Source: Chiloscyllium plagiosum
Taxonomy: Eukaryota
NCBI RefSeq assembly: GCF_004010195.1
Contig: NC_057757.1
Span: 47,800-111,799, forward strand
Reading direction: 5' to 3'
Length of the DNA: 64,000 bases
Part shown: positions 1 through 11,816 of the stretch, piece by piece
Layout of the letters: each line of letters starts with the position of its first letter
Position numbering within the stretch: the first letter of the stretch is position 1
Notes under the pieces: generated by a model
Seen by the model: only the letters and a program-made list of their open reading frames with translations
Told to the model about the DNA's origin: nothing
Databases searched by the model: none
Made by a program: the position numbers and the translations under genes

Positions 1-285
1 TGGGAAATTGTCCCATAGTGCTCAGGGATGTGCAGGTTAGGGTGGATTGGCCATGGGAAATTGTCCCATAGTGTCCAGGGATGTGCAGGTTAGGGTGGAT
101 TGGCCGTGGGAAATTGCCCCATAGTGTCCAGGGATGTGCAGGTTAGCGTGGATTGGCCGTGGGAAATGCAGGGTTATCAGGATAAGGTAGTTGGGTTGGG
201 TATGAGTAAGATGTTCTTTGTAGGGTTGGTGTGGACTCGATGGGCCGAAAGGCCTGATTCCCGCACTGTAGGGATTCGATGATTC
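1..285 (+). mobile_element. 3' part of a tRNA-derived SINE (HE1/V-SINE-like) with a tandemly repeated 53-bp internal unit
   Basis: unit tgggaaattgtcccatagtg...gattggcca starts at 1, 54, 107 and 160; followed by the tgggccgaaaggcctg..ccgcactgtagggattc tail; same family as 23153-23647. Confidence 0.8.
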
Positions 286-299
286 TTCCAAACGCCTTC

Positions 300-430
300 C
301 ATTCTGGGAAGAGTTAGTTTGGACTCAAAACCTTAACTCTGTTTCTTTCTCACAGATGCTGCCAGAGCTGCTGAGTTTCTTTAGCACGTTCTGTGTTTAT
401 TTCGGATCTCCAGCAGTAACAGGACATTGC
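300..430 (+). mobile_element. Degenerate short Penelope-derived element
   Basis: cacagatgctgccagagctgctgagtttc body shared with 11870-11990 and 23020-23150; decayed hammerhead-like head. Confidence 0.5.
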
Positions 431-563
431 TTTTATTTGAGTGCAACTTCTATAGGGAATCTCATGATAGCAAGAGAACAGGCCAGTGACTTTCTGTTCC
501 TGTCGTTTGTCGGATGAGCATAGAACAGATTTGGATGGTGTACATTGTTTCTCTTTTCCACAG

Positions 564-667
564 GATGTAGATGACTGCATCATCCGCCAAACCAACACCC
601 ATTTCCAGTATGGGTACGAATACCTGGGCAACTCAGGCCGATTGGTGATCACTCCACTCACCGATAG
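564..667 (+). CDS. DNAH2: Dynein axonemal heavy chain 2 exon (entry to AAA1; [35 protein letters not shown])
   Basis: cag acceptor 561-563, gtaagg donor at 668; [15 protein letters not shown] dynein motif; phase 2 joins next exon (AG+G=Arg). Confidence 0.93.
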
Positions 668-989
668 GTAAGGCTTACTGCTCCACTTTCACTGAGGGTG
701 CGATCGGGTGCTGTTCAAGGAGACAGAAGGTTTTGGGACGAGTGGTGTGTCACTGCTTGTTCTTGACTTGTGAGGAGAGAACCAGGCATACCATCCACAG
801 TCATCATCAGGAAAATTAGTGTGTGTAGCAGCAGCACCATCAGTATGTGCAGGAAAAAACAGGTCACTGTTAATTCAGGACACACTTCTCTCTGATCATC
901 TTCTTTGAGCCTTTTGTTGTTGTTTGCAGTGTTTGACTCAACTTACTGTATAACAAAGCATTTGTTATGGAAAAAAACGTTATCAGGAG

Positions 990-1130
990 TAGACATAGAG
1001 TCATAGAGATTTACAGTATGGAAAAAGACCCTTTGGTCCAACCTGTCCATGCCGACCAGATATCCCAACCCAATCTAGTCCCACCTTCCAGCACCCGGCC
1101 CATATCCCTCCACACCCTTCCTATTCATAT
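990..1130 (-). mobile_element. CR1-type LINE 3' tail
   Basis: catagagtcatagag terminal repeat; same tail at 5950-6015, 28563, 31255, 43790, 58470. Confidence 0.8.
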
Positions 1131-1489
1131 ACTATCGCTTTGTTTTGTGAGTTCTCAAGGTGAGAGATATCCACACTACGTAATAGCATAGCTTCAGACT
1201 TCCCTCTCTGACACTCATAGTCCGTACCCCGCAGTGGGGAAATGCTACTCTCCTAACTGCAGCAGGTTTCAAAGCAGTTACTTGCTTTTGCAAGTTTGTC
1301 TGCTTCAGGTGGACCTCAGTGGAGGCCAGTGCAACAGTTTCAGTACCCAAGCCTTCCATGGTAGGTGCCCTCTGCAAGTACATACAGACTTCATATTGCT
1401 CGCTGTGCACCTTCCCCTGCTGTCTGTGCCAAAGCCAGTAGAAAACAAGTCCTGTTATGTGATGGTAATGATAGCTGAGTAAGATTTTT

Positions 1490-2375
1490 TAAAATTCACG
1501 GCGGGGCATGAGCATTGCAGGCTGGATTAGCTTTTATTGCTTATTCCTTGTTGCCCATTAGAAGGTGGGGGTGAGCTGCCTTCTTGAATCACCACAGTTC
1601 ATGTGCTATAGGTAGACCCACAACACCATGAGGGAGGGAATTCCTGGATTTTGACCCAATAACAATGAAGTCAGGATGATACGTGACACAGAGGGGAACA
1701 TGCAAGTGGTTATTCCCTCGTATCTGCTATCTTGGCCATCTAGGTGGTAGTGGTTGTCAGTTTGGAAGATGCTATCCAAGGAATTTGGGGAGTTTCTGCA
1801 GTGCATCTTGTAGAATGTACACACTGCTGCTACTGAGCTTTAGCAGCAGGGTGACTGAATGTTTGTGGATATGGTGCCAGCCACGCGGGGGTAGGGGGGC
1901 TAATTTGTCTTGGAAGGTGTCAAGTTTCTTGAGTGTTATTGAAGCTGCACTTATCCAGGCAAGTAGGGAATATTCCATCACACTCCTGCCTTGTGCCTGG
2001 CGGACAGACTTTGGGGAGTTACTCATTGCAGGATTCGTGGTTTCTGACCTGCTCTTGTAGCCATTGTGTTCATGTGGTGAGTCCAGTTCAATTTCTAGTC
2101 AATGGTAATTCCCAGGGTGTGAGGGATTCACTGATGGTCAAGGAGGCTGGTTAGGTTATGTCTTACTGAAGATAGTCATTGCCAAGCATTTGTATGGCTT
2201 CAGTGTTACTTTCCACATGTCAGCCAAAGCCTGGATATTGTCTCGATCTTTCTGCATTTGGACATGAACTGCTTCAGCATCTGAGGGAGCGGGGCGAATG
2301 GTGCTGAACATTGCACAATCATTGGCGAACGTCCCCATTTCTGACCTTTCGATGGAGGGAAGGTCATAAATCATT
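1490..2375 (-). mobile_element. Old CR1/L2-like LINE fragment (RT C-terminus and 3' UTR)
   Basis: ORFs 2156-2374 (FAND, from FADD) and 1772-2026 (RSVMEYS..AW). Confidence 0.75.
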
Positions 2376-2520
2376 AGCTTTCCTCTGTCCGATTAATCCA
2401 CCAACACTGCTTCACTCTGCACACAGACAGCATGCCTGAGAGCTGGACATCAGTGTAGAGGTAGTCGACACAGGAACACTCCCTTCCTCATCTCAGAATC
2501 TCATGGTTTCTTCTTTTCAG

Positions 2521-2710
2521 GTGCTACATGACACTGACCACTGCTCTCCACCTGCACCGTGGTGGGTCACCCAAAGGACCAGCAGGAACAGGGAAGACAG
2601 AGAGTGTGAAAGACCTGGGAAAGGCCCTGGGCATGTATGTGATAGTGGTAAACTGCTCAGAAGGCTTGGACTACAAATCGATGGGCCGAATGTACTCTGG
2701 CTTGGCACAG
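2521..2710 (+). CDS. DNAH2: DNAH2 exon, AAA1 Walker A (GPAGTGKT)
   Basis: ttttcag acceptor, gtgaaa donor; [37 protein letters not shown]...SGLAQ. Confidence 0.96.
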
Positions 2711-2794
2711 GTGAAAGGACAACCTGGAGAATATAATGGAACATTGTCTTTATTCGTGTATGTCAAGGGGTTTTATCCCTTTCAGAAACACACA

Positions 2795-4080
2795 CAGCAC
2801 TGAGGGAGTGCCAGGCTGTTAGAGGGTCAGGGGCAAGGGACTGCCGCACTGTTGGAGGGTCAGTGCTGAGGGAGTGGGCACTGTCAGAGGGTCAGTGCTG
2901 AGGGAGCACCGCACTGTCGGAGGGTCAGTGCTGAAGGACTGCCGCACTGTCGGAAGGTTAGTGCTGAGGGAGCACCGCACTGTCAGAGGGTCAGTGCTGA
3001 AGGACTGCCGCACTGTCGGAAGGTTAGTGCTGAGGGAGCACCGCACTGTCAGAGGGTCAGTGCTGAAGGACTGCCGCACTGTCGGAAGGTTAGTGCTGAG
3101 GGAGCACCGCACTGTCAGAGGGTCACTGTTGGAGGATCAGTGTCGGAGAGTCAGTGCTGAGGGAGTGCCACACTGTCGGAGGGTCAGTGCTGAGGGACTG
3201 CCGCACTGTCGGAGGGTCAGCGCTGAGGGAGCTGGCACTGTCAGAGGGTCAGTGCTGAGGGAGCACCGCACTGTCGGAGGGTCAGTGCTGAGGGACTGCT
3301 GCACTGTCGGAAGGTTAGTGCTGAGGGAGTGCCGCACTGTCGGAGGGTCAGTGTCAGAGGGTCAGTGCTGAGGGAGTGCCACACTGTCGGACGGTCAGTG
3401 CTGAAGGACTGCCACACTGTCGGAAGGTTAGTGCTGAGGGAGCACCGCACTGTCAGAGGGTCACTGTTGGAGGATCAGTGTCGGAGGGTCAGTGCTGAGG
3501 GAGTGCCACACTGTCGGAGGGTAAGTGCTGAGGGACTGCTGCACTGTTGGAAGGTTAGTGCTGAGGGAGTGCCACACTGTCGGACGGTCAGTGCTGAGGG
3601 AGTGCCACACTGTCAGAGGGTCAGTGCTAAGGGAGCTGGCACTGTCAGAGGGTCAGTGCTGAGGGAGTGCTGCACTGTCAGAGGGTCAGTGCTGAGGGAG
3701 TGCCGCACTGTCAGAGGGTCAGTGCTGAGGGAGTGCTGCACTGTCGGAGGGTCAGTGCTGAGGGACTTCCACACTGTCGGAGGGTCAGTGCTGAGGGAGT
3801 GCCGCGCTGTTGGAGGGTCATTGCTGAGGGAGTGCCGCACTGTCGGTGGGTCAGAGCTGAGGCAGTGCTGCACTGTCAGAGGGTCAGAGCTGAGGGAGCA
3901 CCGTGCTGTTGGAGAGTCAGTGCTGAGGGAGCACCACACTCTCAGAGGGTCAGTGTTGGAGTGTCATACCGAGGGAGTGCCACAATGTTATAGGGTCAGC
4001 ACTGTGGGAGTGTGCGCTGTTGGAGGATCAGTGTTCAGGAAGTGCCACACTGTAAGAGGGTCAGTGTTGAGGGAGCGCCG
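2795..4080 (+). repeat. 33-bp GC-rich minisatellite array 1 (cactgtcggagggtcagtgctgagggagtgccg)
   Basis: directly visible tandem units; 11-aa periodic ORFs. Confidence 0.95.
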
Positions 4081-4294
4081 CTGCATTATCCATGTTACAA
4101 CAGTAACAGCCCTCTGAATGTGCTTTGTTGGCAGTGAGGCCCTTTTGGTTATTCAGTGATGTTTAAATGCAAGATCTTTCTTTTATACCAGAGTATGATT
4201 TCAGGCCCCTTACTGTCCTCTGTTGTGTCGACCACACCATTTTCGCTTCTGTTTTCTGGTAAGAGTAATCAATGTGCCTGCTGTTTCTGTGCAG

Positions 4295-4475
4295 ACTGGA
4301 GCCTGGGGTTGCTTTGACGAGTTCAACCGCATCAATATTGAGGTGTTGTCTGTGGTAGCCCAGCAAATCCTCTCTATTCTGTCGGCCCTTTCTGCGAACC
4401 TGACACGCTTTGTCTTTGAGGGCCGTGAGATTAACCTGGTCTGGTCCTGTGGCATCTTCATCACCATGAATCCAG
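4295..4475 (+). CDS. DNAH2: DNAH2 exon, AAA1 Walker B (CFDEFNR)
   Basis: gcag / gtgaga splice sites; [24 protein letters not shown]...IFITMNPG. Confidence 0.96.
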
Positions 4476-4959
4476 GTGAGACGATTGGAGTTTTAGGGTT
4501 GGTTCTCACAACGCCTCACCTTCACCGTCGAGACTTCCCTTGATCTCTGAAGCTCAGTGCTAAATCCAGCTTCATTTCATTGAAGCTGCAGAACTGCTTC
4601 CCGGTCTCTGCTGCTTTGCCCAACTTGAAGATGGGCAGGTGTGGATAATAGGTGAGATCTGAACTGGGTTTCCCTGTCCTCAGGATTAATTGATGACCCC
4701 AAAGTACAGACTCCTCTTGGTCGTACTGATCAGAGTCTGATTTAATTGTACATTCAGGTTGAGAGGGAGAAGAGTGGGTTAACACGACTGAGAAAGGGCA
4801 GCCGTGTGGGCATGGAAGCTGAGCTAGGTAAAGTGGTTGAACAGGCTCAAGTGGCTGAAAGGCCTCCTCCTGTTCCTGTTTCTGGCAGTGTCACAAGAGA
4901 TTAATAACGAGCGGCTGAGTGCAGAGGCTTGGAGATAACACAACTGTTGTTTATTGCAG

Positions 4960-5087
4960 GGTATGCTGGTCGTACAGAGCTGCCAGACAACCTCAAGTCA
5001 ATGTTCAGGCCCATCTCCATGGTGGTTCCTGACTCAACACTAATCGCTGAGATCATCCTGTTTGCAGAGGGATTCAACAACTGTAAG
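4960..5087 (+). CDS. DNAH2: DNAH2 exon ([17 protein letters not shown]...FNNCK)
   Basis: ttgcag / gtgtgc splice sites; canonical dynein [13 protein letters not shown] motif; phase 1 matches previous exon. Confidence 0.96.
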
Positions 5088-5449
5088 GTGTGCTCTGTGC
5101 CCTCCCCTTTTTTACATATTCTCAGTTACTTTGAACAGTTTATCCATTTCCTCAATATATTTGGGCTCCCACACCACCTGGCAGCCTCTCCTCCACACCA
5201 GTCCATCCATGCCCCCAAATTAAAATGGGGGCAATATTAATCAGCCTGCTCTCCAATCTTGGAAAGGGTGCGTCTCTCAGCCAACTCCCAACTATCCATT
5301 GACATCCATATACACAGTAGCATTGTGTAATATCCTTGCAGTCAAAGGTTTTTTGCAAGATGTTGGCCTTTAGTTATAAAATATAAGATCTGCTGATTTA
5401 CAACGTACTGCACGTGAACCTTCATGAAGGTCTCCAGTGGAGTTGCAGT

Positions 5450-6015
5450 TAGACAATGGTACGCTTGCTTTTATTGGACAGTACATTGAGTACAGGAGTT
5501 GGGAGGTTGTGTTGCAGCTGTACGGGCATTATTGAGGCCACTTTTGCAATATTATGTGCAATTCTGGTATACCTGCTCTAGGAAGGATGTTGTTAAATTT
5601 GGGAAGGTTCAGAAAAGACTTAAAAAGATGTTGCTAGGGGTAGAGAGTTTGAGCTACAGGGAGGGGCATGGATAGAATAAATAGCCAAGATCTTTTCCTA
5701 GGGGTGGGGGCGTCCAAAACTAGAGGGTATATGTTTAGGGTGAGAGGGAGAAAGTTTAAAAGGGACCTAAGGGACAAAGTTTTCACTCAGAGGGTGATGT
5801 GTCTATGGAATGAGCTGCCAGAGGAAGTGGTGGAGGCTGGTACAATTACAGCATTTAAAAGGCATCTGGATGGATATATGAATAGGACGGGTTTGGAGGG
5901 ATATGGGCTGGGTGCTGGCAAATGGGATTAGATTAATTTAGGATATCTGGTTGGCATGGACGGGTTGGACTGAAGGGTCTGGTTCCATGCAGTACATCTC
6001 TATGACTCTATGAGT
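5450..6015 (+). mobile_element. CR1-type LINE 3' fragment
   Basis: FTQRV..WNELPEEVV C-terminal ORF2 motif; ctctatga tail. Confidence 0.88.
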
Positions 6016-6490
6016 CAAATAGCAAAAGGCTGTTCAGCTTAACAAGCCTGATCTTTTGAGATTGATTTCAGCCCCACTGATCTGCTGTCTTTTTCCTTTC
6101 ACTAGAAACACTTTCCGATCTTCGCACATAGCCCTGCCATTCCAGAATAGTGTATGTGTCTCTCTGCATTCTGGACTCTTCACTGCAGCTGCTTTCACAA
6201 CCCACACACTGCAGTTACATTCCTTCCCAAAGAGATGAAGTCCAGCTTCTGGAATAGTTTCTCCCCTGTTGGTCAGTGCCCATTGGGATTTGGCTGGAAG
6301 ACTGTTCTCAAACCCAAGTCACATGACAGCAGGAGGAAGTAGAGATTTTCATTTTATTGTTCATGGCTGACAGATCATGTGCTATGTTCTCCTTAAAGGA
6401 AAGCAGAGAAACGTAGAGAAGAGCTGGGAGATAATTTGGGTGGAGTCTGATTGGCAGTATGCTGACAGTACTCTCCATGTTCCCATGCAG

Positions 6491-6643
6491 GCCCTTGCTA
6501 AGAAAGTCTACACCCTTTACTCACTGGCCGTGCAGCAGCTGTCCAAGCAGGATCACTACGACTTTGGCCTAAGAGCTCTCACCTCTCTGCTCCGCTACGC
6601 TGGCAAGAAGCGGCGAGACAAGCCTCAGCTCTCTGATGAGGAG
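6491..6643 (+). CDS. DNAH2: DNAH2 exon, AAA1 lid (LSKQDHYDFGLRAL)
   Basis: atgcag / gtaaga splice sites; HYDFGLR motif. Confidence 0.96.
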
Positions 6644-7265
6644 GTAAGAGTAGGAGAAGCCGAATCGGATGGTGAGGGAAGGCCCTATCTGAGCAGGTTT
6701 AGAGAGGAGATGGAAAAGGTGCAGATTAGATTGCTAGCAGAACTGAGAGGTTATAGCCATTAGGAAAGACATAACATGCTGGAGCCTGGTCTCTAGGCAA
6801 GAGAAAGTTGGCACTTCCCTTAACAGAGACTCTTTTAAAGTATGACAAGTTTTGATGGGGTATATATACATCGAGAAGATGTTCCCATTTGTGGGGAGGC
6901 TAGAGCTCGGCACTGTAAATAAAGGTAGCCATGAATACATCCAGTAGGGAGTTCAGAAGAAGCTTCTTTCCCCAGATGGGGGTGAGAATGTGGAACTCAT
7001 ACTTCAGGGTAAGTTGGATAAACATGTGAAGGAGTAAAGCATAGAAGGGTCACTGAGAAAGTAAGTAAAGAGGGGTGTGGAGCTGAAACACCAACACAGA
7101 ACAGATGGGCTGAATGGCTTTTCCTTTTTGATGTAATCCTTCTTTCTTTCCAGAACCATTTACATGGTGAAAGGAGTTGCACAGGTAGCAGTGATGAGGT
7201 CGTATTGTATCGGGGGTTTCTCACTTGTGTTACCTTGGTGAGTGAGTGGTTTTGTTGTTCCCCAG

Positions 7266-7391
7266 GTCCTCCTGCTGTCCATGAAGGATATGAATATAGC
7301 CAAACTGACCTCGATCGACCTACCGCTGTTTGCTGCTATTGTGCAGGACCTGTTCCCAGGAGTGGAAACTCCAGTCTTGGATTATGGAAAG
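7266..7391 (+). CDS. DNAH2: DNAH2 exon (VLLLSMKDMNIAKLTSIDLPLFAAIVQDLFPGVETPVLDYGK)
   Basis: cccag / gtgggc splice sites; DLFP motif; phase 0-0. Confidence 0.94.
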
Positions 7392-8079
7392 GTGGGCAGA
7401 ATGTGGATGCAATTTCTCAGTGAGTTCATCATGCATGAAATAAATATTTTGTCCGCTAAAACATCCTCCCACAATCATTATAGGAAATACACCCATATTA
7501 TGAGCTGGATTTGCCCAAGTTGCCACATTGTTAAAGGCTAACAAATAGATGATTGTGCCCACTGAAACAGGTTGTCTGCTTTTGCATGTGTAAACAGCAG
7601 GGATGAACAGCCTGCGTAATGCCCTCATTGTGAGATTGGTTTTGCCAGAGGCAGTAGGGTGCTGGCTTTGCTCTGTAATGCTTTTCCACTTCTCTCCCTG
7701 GATTGCTGCTCCAGGAGGGAGCTATTCCTGACATTACTTGATGGTCGATAACAATAACCACTGTGGCTGAACTTAGTTATGATGAGGAGTCATCTAGACT
7801 CAAAATATTAGCTTGCTTTCTCTCCTGACTGGCTGTGATCTTCAGCACTTTTTTGTTTTCAGTTAGTTCTGTCCTCAGTCTGTGTCTGGTGGGATCACTG
7901 GAAAATGATTAAGAGTGTGAAGCCTGATGGATTATCTCTGTTCTCAAGCCCAGGGGACGTCAGTGGACAATATTGGACTCCACACTGGCTGCCAACTGAA
8001 TGGACTGACTGTGAATGTTGAATAAACTGAGCCCATGGTACAATTGGCCTGTCTTGCTTTCTCTTTCCTTCTGTCACAG

Positions 8080-8298
8080 CTTAAGGAAGCAATTGAAGCC
8101 GAGATAATTGAAATGGGCAACGTGGTAACGGAGTTCACAATGGCCAAAGTGATTCAGCTGCATGAGACCAAGAGCTCCCGCCATTCTGTCATGATTGTGG
8201 GAAAAACGGGCAGTGGCAAGACCGTGGTATGGCGGACGTTACAAGGGGCCCTGTCAGCCCTCCACAAGAGCGGAGACCCCAACTACAATTTTGTCAAG
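8080..8298 (+). CDS. DNAH2: DNAH2 exon, AAA2 Walker A (GKTGSGKT)
   Basis: polypyrimidine tract + cacag / gtcagt; KVIQLHETKSSRHSVMIVGKTGSGKT. Confidence 0.95.
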
Positions 8299-8414
8299 GT
8301 CAGTAAACAGGCAAGAAACCCAGAAAAGTTGTCAAGAGCAGTTCTTCCACACAACTCATCAGACTCAGGAGTCACAGGAAGGAGAATGGGATGGGAGGGT
8401 GGAGGGGACAGGTA

Positions 8415-9145
8415 TTTAATGAATGCCAAGACACTGGGTAGCTTAGAGGAACAGAGGGATCTTAGGGTAATTATTCACACATCCTGAAATTGGCAGAGCA
8501 CATGAATAGGATAGTTAGAAGGTATTTGGGACACTTGCTTTCATCAGTGGTGGTAGAGTATTACGGCAAGGAGGTAATGTTGGAGTTGTGCAGAGCATTG
8601 GTCAGGCCCCAGCTGGAGTATTGTGTGCAGTTCGGGTCCCCTCCCTACAGGAAGGATGTGAGAGCACTTGAGGAGGTTCACCAGGATATTGCCTGGGATG
8701 GAGAAATTGAGCTAAAAGGAGAGACTGGATAGGCTTGGATGGTTTTCTTTAGAGCATAGAAGACTGAGGGGGCATGATTGAGATATAAAAGATTATGAGG
8801 GGTATGGACAGAATGAGTAGAGAGTACTTGTTCCCCTTTGATGAGGGGTCAATCATGAGGAGGCATAGTTTTAGGGTAAGGGACAGGAGATTAAGGTGGA
8901 TTTGGGAAAAAGCTCATTCACTCAGTTGGTGGTGAGAATCTGGAATGTACTGCCTGGGAAGATAGTGAAGGCTGGAAACCGAACAATCTTTAAACGATAT
9001 TCAGATGAGCACTTCAAATATCATAACATTCAAGGATATGGACAAGCACAGGAAATTGGGATTAGTGCACCTTTATTGGTAGTTATGTTGGTAGTGCAGA
9101 CTCAATGGGCCGAAGGGCCTTTTCAGCACCGTATGAATCTTTGAA
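8415..9145 (+). mobile_element. CR1-type LINE 3' fragment
   Basis: LVRPQLEYCVQF and WNVLP motifs. Confidence 0.85.
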
Positions 9146-9914
9146 TATATGAAACAGCTTAACTTGTGTTTATTTTACAGTTTGAGTTGAGTAAAACGTT
9201 CCAAAGTGCTTCACACAAATGTCACAAAGCAACATTTGACCCCAGGGAACTGAGGATATGAGGCAGGTGACGAAAGACTTGATCAAAGTATGATGTTTTG
9301 AGGAACATCTTAAAGGAAGAGAGAGAACTGAGTGGGTTTAGGAGGGAGTTCCAGAGCTCTAGGACCAGGCAGCTGAAGGGATGGCCACCAACGGTGGAAC
9401 AATAGAAATTGAACGGTACTCAAGTGGCTGAATTGGAGGATCACAGAGACCTCAACGAGTTGGAGATGCTAGAGGTTAGAGACATAGGCAGATTTACAGC
9501 AGCCACAGAGGCCTATTGATATGGGGAGAGTTGTAGAGCATTACAGAGGTTGGAAGAGTTGTAGCAGCTGGAGAAGTTTTAGGGATAGAGAGGAGTGCAG
9601 GGGCTGGAGGAGGTGACAGAGATACAGAGGCTTGTAGGGGTTGCAGGGATAGAGAGATAGAGATGTGGTAAAACTACAGACAGATTTGGAAATGGGGATG
9701 AGAACTTTTAAAATTGAGAATGAGGAAGAACAAAAGGAGCATAGTGGTACAGGAAAATGGTATTAGACTGGACGGTACGTGTGGAAATAAACATCAACAC
9801 AGACTGAGTGGGCCGAATGGTCTGTGGTATTGTATTATATGATTCTAAAGGAAAGGTTTATTGGTTTTCAATGAGAAATGATCTTTTTCGTTTTGAACCT
9901 TAACATTTCCTTAG

Positions 9915-10460
9915 TAATATTGCGTGCAATTCTGGTCTCCTTCCTATTGGAAAGATGCTGTGAAACTTGAAAAAGTTCAGAAAGGATTTACAAGGATATT
10001 GCCAGGGTTGGAGGATTTGAGCTACAGGGAGAGGCTGAACAGGCTGGGGCTGTTTTCCCTGGAGCGTCGGAGGCTGAGGGTTGGCCTTATAAAGGTTTAT
10101 AAAATCGTGAGGGGCATGGATAGGGTAAATAGACAAAGTCTTTTCCCTGGGGTGGGGGAGTCTAGAACTAGAGGGGCATAGGTTTAGGGTGAGAGGGGAA
10201 AGATATAAAAGAGACCTCAGGGACAACCTTTTCACGCAGAGGGTGGTGTGTGTATGGAATGAGCTGCCAGAAGAAGTGGTGGAGGCTGGTACAATTACAA
10301 CATTTAGGAGGCATTTGGATGGATATTTGAATAGGAAGGGTTTGGAGGGATATGGGCCAAGTGCTGGTAAATGGGACTAGATTAGATTGGGATATATGGG
10401 CGGCATGGACGAGTTGGGCCGAAGGGTCTGTTTCCGTGCTTGTGAATCTCTCTGACTCCA
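9915..10460 (+). mobile_element. CR1-type LINE 3' fragment ending ~60 bp upstream of an exon
   Basis: QFWSP..KD...LERRRLR, FTQRVV..WNELP motifs. Confidence 0.9.
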
Positions 10461-10519
10461 ATGCCTCCCGTTCTGAGCCATTGTCTTCTACCTTCTCTGA
10501 TTTTGTGCTTTGTGGGCAG

Positions 10520-10637
10520 GAGTACCCTCTGAACCCAAAAGCAGTGTCGCTGGGTGAGCTGTATGGCGAGTACGATCTGTCGACAAATGAATGGACTGAT
10601 GGAGTGCTCTCCAGCCTCATGAGGAATGCCTGTGCAG
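10520..10637 (+). CDS. DNAH2: DNAH2 exon, AAA2 (LNPKAVSLGELYG...EWTDGVLS)
   Basis: ggcag / gtacat splice sites; NPK..LYG..WTDG dynein motif. Confidence 0.95.
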
Positions 10638-10941
10638 GTACATTGACTCCAGTTGTGATGGGCTACAACAATGAGAATCAAGGGGAAAACTCTATACTCA
10701 GACTCCAAACAAACACAAAGGATTTTTGATGGTCAGTCATTTCAGCCCAAGGACATCTCTGCAGGAATTCCTCAGGGTAGATCCTTTCTAATCACCCTGG
10801 TCAGAGATGTTATTATACACTTCTGAACCAGAAGGCCTCCTGGTTGAAATATGGGGACACCACCACTGCATACAAAGACCCCAGTTTCGCAGGTTAGTGC
10901 CTAAACCTAAACATCTTCAGCGACTTCATCAATGACCTTCC

Positions 10942-11816
10942 TGTTATGCCACACTGGGGAAAGAATACTGGTTCCTAAGCCCCGCTGCTCCTGGAGTTGC
11001 CACAGAAGTCAATGGTTTACATAAACTATGTTAAAGTCCCTGATTTAGCTGTCTGTTGGAATCTAGTTAACAAAAATACTGACTACTTAACAATAACTAA
11101 CACTTATTACAAATAAGCAAATGCTGCTCACAAGTAAGTAGCTATAAACTATCAACACATGGCTCGACCTAACTCCTCACCACTTTAACCCCAACACATG
11201 CAGTCAAAGAGATACAGACAAACAAAAAAAATCTGCAAAATACTTCCATAGCACCAGTGCACAGGGTTCACTGAGATGTTCCTTTCAGCTTACCAAGAAT
11301 TTCTGACCTTTGATTACCTTTCTGTAGGGTTCCTTCATTTCTTCACAGGAGGCACAGTTGATTGGTTTACTATGAAACCTCTTAATTACTGTTTAAATGT
11401 AACAGCTCATGGAGATGGGTATGAAAAAGAAATTTCTGTCATCAGGCTTCGGGTATTTGTATTGCACACACACACACACACTCCAGCATTCTGAAGCTCT
11501 CTAATATTCACACCCACAAGTTGCCCAGGAATCAGTCAGAGAGTTGTCTTCAGCCACAACTGGTCACAATGCACAAGCCAATCAGCTATTTATTGCGAGA
11601 TAAATCTTATCCTCCCAGTGCCATGTCCTGTACAAACAGCTTCCCCCACGATGTGAATGAAAGAAACTGCAGTATAAACACCACACAGGATGAGTTTCAG
11701 TCACTGTTTTTTGAAATGCAGCAATTCCTTTCACAGTTCTTTGGTTTTTAAACAATCCTTTCCCCTTTTTAGTCTACAATCAAAAATACAGAAAATCAAA
11801 TGATATCATTATTACA
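10942..11816. mobile_element. Probable solo LTR inserted into a LINE RT remnant
   Basis: TGTTAT...ATTACA termini; flanks cttcc / gttcc; removing it restores the LINE RT sequence seen uninterrupted at ~2300-2375 (-). Confidence 0.65.
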
